From an uncultured Deferribacteres bacterium (GTDB taxonomy: Bacteria; Zhuqueibacterota; Zhuqueibacteria; Zhuqueibacterales; Geothermadaptataceae), in assembly GCA_964014485.1 (NCBI GenBank), contig CAXHAT010000160.1, positions 1 to 18,336 of the forward strand: DNA of 18,336 bases. Reading direction: 5' to 3'. A program made the position numbers and the translations under genes. Under the pieces are notes generated by a model. That model was not told the origin of the DNA, did not search any database, and was given only the letters and a program-made list of their open reading frames with translations. Each line of letters begins with the position of its first letter. The stretch's first letter is position 1. Shown piece after piece: positions 14,701 through 18,336 of this stretch.

Positions 14701-16133
14701 AAGATCAAAAGCCGAAATTCAACTGGACGTACAGCCAAAAAAACAATTGGGGCGAGCTGTCGCATCTCGACAACACGGAAGCTTTGATCAGACGCGGAAG
14801 CGTGGAGTTGTCGGTTCCTGAAGATTTTTCACTGCAAAGCAGATTTGGCGACAATCTTTACTGGATTAGGGGCGCACTGCTTGAGGGAAGCTACGCCGAA
14901 AGCGCATGTCCGACGCTCAAAGGCGTTTACCCGAACACGACCTGGGGATGGCAGACCGAGACGGTCGAGAATGAAATCATCGGCTCGAGCAACGGCGAGA
15001 AAAACCAGACTTTTTCTCTGCTAAAATCCCCCGTACAGGAAGGCGAAATGCTGCGGATTCGCGAGTTTTTGCCCGAAGATGAGAAGCGGGCGCTGATTGC
15101 CGAGCATGGCAAGGAATCCGTGTTTGAGAAAAAAGACGAGAACGGCAAAACCCTCGAAACCTGGGTGTTATGGCAAGAGAAATCTGACTTTTTTCACTCA
15201 GCAGCAACCGAGCGGCACTACGTCCTGGATCGCGCTTCGGGCGTGATTCAATTTGGCGACGGCGAGAAGGGCATGATTCCGCCGCGCGGCGAAAACAACA
15301 TCAAGGCCTTTGCCTATCAATGCGGCGGCGGCGCTTCCGGGAACGTGAAAGCCGGAGAAATCAAGACCGTCAAATCGGCTGTGCCCGGGGTCGACAAAGT
15401 GATTAACCCCGTCGCGGCGGATGGCGGCGCGGACACGGCGACGGTTGCCGAAATGCACAAAATCGGCCCGGCGCGCATCAGCCATCGCGACCGTGCGATC
15501 ACAGCGGAAGACTTTGAATGGCTCGCCAAAGCAGCTTCCCGAAAAGTGGTCAAAGCGCGATGTCTTGCAAACACGAACAACGAATTGCAGCCCGCGCGCG
15601 GATGGGTCACGGTGATTATCGTTCCTGATTCGCGGGAGGACAAGCCGTCGCCGTCTTTGGAACTGCGCAGGATTGTGCGCCAAAAATTGGAAGCGCAATG
15701 CGCCAACACGCTCTCCGCCGCTGAAAATCTACATATTTGCGAGCCTTCGTACGCGGAAATCAGCGTGTCGGCGGAGGTGTTTGTGACCTCCATCGACGTT
15801 GTGACGCAAGTTGAACGCGAAATCAACAAAAAACTGCGCGCCTTTTTCCACCCCTTGACCGGCGGGCCGGAAGGCAAGGGCTGGGATTTTGGTCGGGATG
15901 CCGCGGCCTCGGACGTTTACGCCTTGCTCGAAAGCGTGCAGGGCGTGGATCACGCGGAAAACTTGCGTTTGGATCGAAATGGCGCTGCGAACAGAGACGT
16001 CATCGCCGTCCAAAGAAATTCTCTCGTTGCCAACGGCGATCATAAGATCAAGCTGCGCGTCGTCGAGGACGAAAGATTCGCAAGAACACGAGCCGGAACA
16101 AATCAGGAGCGGTCATTCAATCTCGTAACTTAA
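11784..16133 (+). CDS. Large baseplate J/gp47-like wedge protein (Afp11/12-like, 1449 aa) with inserted beta-propeller
   Basis: N-terminal PKIDQRT...PFYVPEW...RLNQTPDKNFTAFLDMLGV; C-terminal FGDGEKGMIPP, HRDRAITAEDFEWLA, FFHPLTGGPEGKGWDFGR. GGGAG RBS at 11770-11774 supports ATG 11784. Confidence 0.92.
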   Translation: MSVSTPKIDQRTIEKILKRIKAAAPFYVPEWNISENTGPGAALIEIYARLLEAVIFRLNQTPDKNFTAFLDMLGVKLLPAQAAKVPLTFKLSKGTEKEILIPARTRVAADKTDEHDELPFESEKNLLAIPSPLKAVISADPVNDAVYLPPPDFLSEELQDPPRLSYTIVASAAAGTKSLQLDHVTELKERDILKIGGNGQAEYVIIASLSGAIVHLTDKLSQAHGARTPIKKIAHFCLCEGKNKQEHGLYLGHEDLFNIESAANFVLNLELWGETPSDELRELVWQYWGEVKDKKGEDWHDFDTLDETQDLTQSGEVKLHKTLDGEIKEKEINGIKSRWIRCLVKEKLPPAGQRRLPILDKVKFKVNSSETKLPPDLAFNNDVPLDVTKPFSPFGTEPRIFDRFAIANKEAFSKKDAKVTLDVDVDARGVLSTPSAVSFDNKTKVFARGDDGRLIEIEIDADENINAVWIDHGYPASAQIATDSAPSAIEYRANNIDQISVFVRLENGCLAERKYNGFQWSWSDHNTPIIESDHQEDGIIFDPIAVCQKAHTGQNNRMLSVFVVGSSGRLFERCRDLLKSSYFWKNHGLIKDTPIAGSPYADCHPHETAGETQRVKVFAVGESGQLLELDSEMGSEASDEHSVYEPPDESIKPGSRPFAQNYFYHNDENVYAYVFVQGSDGELWKKDANPAKIGGEPDWESLGKPNGNHSVASNPHGPKSREHENIFVTDNEGFLWEWRSNDWKLHEAPKNTNLAFSPCFLRVGDDLYVFSADKNNALAELKIANFRLPGRYKRWREHREFNPVLSWEYWNAKGWKILKGLQDTTDHLLKNGKITFTLPEDVAETEIAGQKNFWIRARLVGGDYGRESFAYALGTTQDGDQFTSSKSGIRPPLVNELTISYELEKQQFPQICLTHNNLAFVDHTDACRLDGKHFHPFERLRDDEESLYLGFEKSFTGGPVKIFFNAEELPWTKDQKPKFNWTYSQKNNWGELSHLDNTEALIRRGSVELSVPEDFSLQSRFGDNLYWIRGALLEGSYAESACPTLKGVYPNTTWGWQTETVENEIIGSSNGEKNQTFSLLKSPVQEGEMLRIREFLPEDEKRALIAEHGKESVFEKKDENGKTLETWVLWQEKSDFFHSAATERHYVLDRASGVIQFGDGEKGMIPPRGENNIKAFAYQCGGGASGNVKAGEIKTVKSAVPGVDKVINPVAADGGADTATVAEMHKIGPARISHRDRAITAEDFEWLAKAASRKVVKARCLANTNNELQPARGWVTVIIVPDSREDKPSPSLELRRIVRQKLEAQCANTLSAAENLHICEPSYAEISVSAEVFVTSIDVVTQVEREINKKLRAFFHPLTGGPEGKGWDFGRDAAASDVYALLESVQGVDHAENLRLDRNGAANRDVIAVQRNSLVANGDHKIKLRVVEDERFARTRAGTNQERSFNLVT

Positions 16134-16334
16134 CGCAGAGACGCAAAGATCGGAGAGCTTCGCAGAGTTTTTTCAAAACAATCGTTCTATTTATCATCAT
16201 ACTTGGGAAATGGTTAATTTTGAACTAAGAATTAAGTTTTCTCCGCGAATCTCGGCGCTCTTTCCGTCTCTGCGTTTTTGAAGAATCTTGGTAAAAGCTT
16301 CTGCTCGATTGCTTTTGCCAAGTATCGCAGAAAA
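16088..16334 (-). repeat. ~250-bp repeat, copy B (inverted relative to copy A)
   Basis: 16128-16167 matches the reverse complement of 11639-11678 at 38/40; flanks and spacer also align. Contains the stop codon of the wedge gene. Confidence 0.85.
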
Positions 16335-16372
16335 CAACTCAATAGGCATTAAAATGGAGTTGAAAGATTCTC

Positions 16373-18241
16373 ATGAGTTTAGCAATTCCTGATTTAGACG
16401 ATAAAACGTTTGAAGAGCTTGTTGAAGAAGCGCGGTCGCTGATCCCGCGCTACGCTCCCGAATGGACGGATCACAATCTTCACGACCCGGGCATGACTTT
16501 CATCGACCTTTTTGCCTGGCTGGCCGAAATGCAAATTTACCAGGTGAACCAGGTGAGCGACGCGCATTATCTCAGCTTTCTCAAAATGCTCGGTCTGTCG
16601 CCGCTTCCCTCCCGCCCCGCCAGAGCGGAAATCGCTTTTGACCCGGTAACAAACGAAAAATTTGTGGCCGCCGAGACGCAGGTTGTCGCTGATCTTGGCG
16701 AGGAGCGGATCGTTTTTCGAACCCAGGAAAGCTCGACGCTCGTCCCAGGCGTGCTGCGGGAAATTTTGACGGTTCAAAATTTAGCAACCATTGATCAAAC
16801 GCAGGCAAACGCACAGAACGGAGTGCATTTCTCCGCTTTTGGAGAAAATCCGGGCGAAGGCGCGCAATTACGGCTGGGCCTGGAGAAACGGCTCCCGCCG
16901 GGCGTGAAAATTCGCCTCGGTTTCCTTTTGGCTTCAGAAGAATCGACGCCGATTGCGGGCGATGATTTGGAGATCATTCCCTCCGTTGATCTTGTTTGGG
17001 AATATTTTGAGCGCGGCGGCTGGCGACCCTTGCGGCAAGAAGCCGACTCGACGATTGCGCTCACCCAAAGCGGCGGCCTCAGCCTTTGGACGCCGCAAAG
17101 CATGGCGCCCAAAGACGGGCTTTATTGGCTGAGACTTCGCATCACCAAAGGCCGCTACGAATATCCGCCGCGCATCGAGAAAATCGCGCTCAACGTTTTG
17201 CCGGTCGTGCAAATCGAAACGATAAAAAACGAAGACCTGGGCGAAGGAGAAAATTGCCCCGAGCAAGCTGTTTTTCTGCGCAAAACTCCGATAATCGCAG
17301 GCAGTTTAACTTTGCAAGCTCAGCAAGACGACGCATGGCTCGACTGGCGGGAAGTGGACGATTTCGAAAAATCCGGGCCGCGCGACCGCCACTACGTTTT
17401 TGACGCATCGAAAGGAATGATCATTTTGGGCAACGGCTTGAACGGACGCCTTCCGGGCAAAAATCAAAAAATCCGCGCCGCAGCCTACGAAACCACGCTG
17501 GGAGCGCGCGGCAATCTGCCCGGCACGCTCGAATGGATCATTCAAACGCCGAGATTTGAAGAAATTTGCGGCGAAAATCTTGGCGAAATCAGCGGCGGGC
17601 GGAACGCGGAAACTTTGGAGCAGGCAAAAATCAGAGCGCGGGAAGAACTCCAGCAACGCATTCGCGCGATCACTTCGAAAGATTTTGAAGAACTTGCGCT
17701 TTCCACGCCAGGACTGCGCATCGCCAGAGCCGCCGCCGTTCCAAATTACCATCCTGACTTTCCGTGTCTCAACATGCCGGGCGCGGTGACGGTGGTCGTT
17801 GTGCCGCAGGTCAGAGAAAACGTCGTTAGCCCCCGCCCCGGCGACGGCTTTCTGCAAACCGTGCGGCGGCGCCTGGAAGAGCGCAGGCTGGTTACAACCG
17901 CCGTCCATGTCGTTGCACCAATTTATGTCCAAATTTCTGTGAAATGCAGCGTGCATGTGAAAAAAAAGAGCAGTCCTCGCGAAGTCAAAAATCGGGTCGA
18001 AGAGGCGCTACTCGAGTTCTTAAATCCTATGCCGAACGAAAAAGAAAAGAAAAAAGGCTGGCCTTTTGGACGCGCCGTTTTTCCATCGGAAATTTACGAA
18101 ACGATTGACGCGGTTGAGGGCGTGGACTACGTGACCGGCGTGCTGCTCAGCGCCGGCGGACGGGAGACGAATCGGCCAATAAAAATTCCGCCAATCGCGC
18201 TGGTTTATTCCGGCAAGCACGAGGTGGAAGCAATTTATTAA
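16373..18241 (+). CDS. Baseplate J/gp47-like wedge protein (622 aa)
   Basis: PDLDDKTFEELVEEARSLIPRYAPEWTDHNLHDPGMTFIDLFAWL, RAITSKDFEELA, GWPFGRAVFPSEIY; GGAG upstream. Confidence 0.95.
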   Translation: MSLAIPDLDDKTFEELVEEARSLIPRYAPEWTDHNLHDPGMTFIDLFAWLAEMQIYQVNQVSDAHYLSFLKMLGLSPLPSRPARAEIAFDPVTNEKFVAAETQVVADLGEERIVFRTQESSTLVPGVLREILTVQNLATIDQTQANAQNGVHFSAFGENPGEGAQLRLGLEKRLPPGVKIRLGFLLASEESTPIAGDDLEIIPSVDLVWEYFERGGWRPLRQEADSTIALTQSGGLSLWTPQSMAPKDGLYWLRLRITKGRYEYPPRIEKIALNVLPVVQIETIKNEDLGEGENCPEQAVFLRKTPIIAGSLTLQAQQDDAWLDWREVDDFEKSGPRDRHYVFDASKGMIILGNGLNGRLPGKNQKIRAAAYETTLGARGNLPGTLEWIIQTPRFEEICGENLGEISGGRNAETLEQAKIRAREELQQRIRAITSKDFEELALSTPGLRIARAAAVPNYHPDFPCLNMPGAVTVVVVPQVRENVVSPRPGDGFLQTVRRRLEERRLVTTAVHVVAPIYVQISVKCSVHVKKKSSPREVKNRVEEALLEFLNPMPNEKEKKKGWPFGRAVFPSEIYETIDAVEGVDYVTGVLLSAGGRETNRPIKIPPIALVYSGKHEVEAIY

Positions 18242-18254
18242 TGGATGTTACGCA
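18242..18254. repeat. Left end of another CTGATGTTACGC-type element, running off the window
   Basis: TGGATGTTACGCA is directly preceded by TTATTAA (18235-18241; TTnnnAA), which includes the baseplate stop codon. Confidence 0.6.
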
Positions 18255-18299
18255 TACATGGAAATTTCCCCAATAGCACCTGAGAAACGTCGCTTTTAC

Positions 18300-18324
18300 G
18301 TCATTCCCGCGCAGGCGGGAATCC
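18300..18324 (+). repeat. REP-like palindrome ATTCCC-N8-GGGAAT (dRS3-like)
   Basis: GTCATTCCCGCGCAGGCGGGAATCC. Confidence 0.8.
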
Positions 18325-18336
18325 AGGGGCTGTGCG

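Overview
This window is the middle of an extracellular contractile injection system (eCIS; Afp/PVC/MAC-like) gene cluster, with all genes on the + strand. In order: tail tube, tail assembly chaperone plus a small -1-frame partner ORF missed by the ORF track, a variable 429-aa protein in the tape-measure slot, second tube, LysM tube initiator, split VgrG (GPD hub + gpV spike), PAAR, gp25 and two baseplate J-like wedge proteins. No sheath, ATPase, capsid or T6SS membrane-complex genes are in view. Three things stand out. (1) The large wedge protein carries a lower-GC, seven-repeat PLL-lectin-like beta-propeller inserted mid-protein, and the gene is bracketed by two inverted ~230-250 bp repeats. 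(2) A ~4.9 kb cassette bounded by a perfect 15-bp inverted repeat separates the tube and chaperone genes. It carries two lipoproteins, a probable decayed peptidase fragment and a signal-less M4 metalloprotease with an altered active site. (3) Most large intergenic gaps hold nested MITE/REP-like elements. Bases 1-28 are Nextera adapter. All family calls come from motif recognition by eye; no database searches were run.
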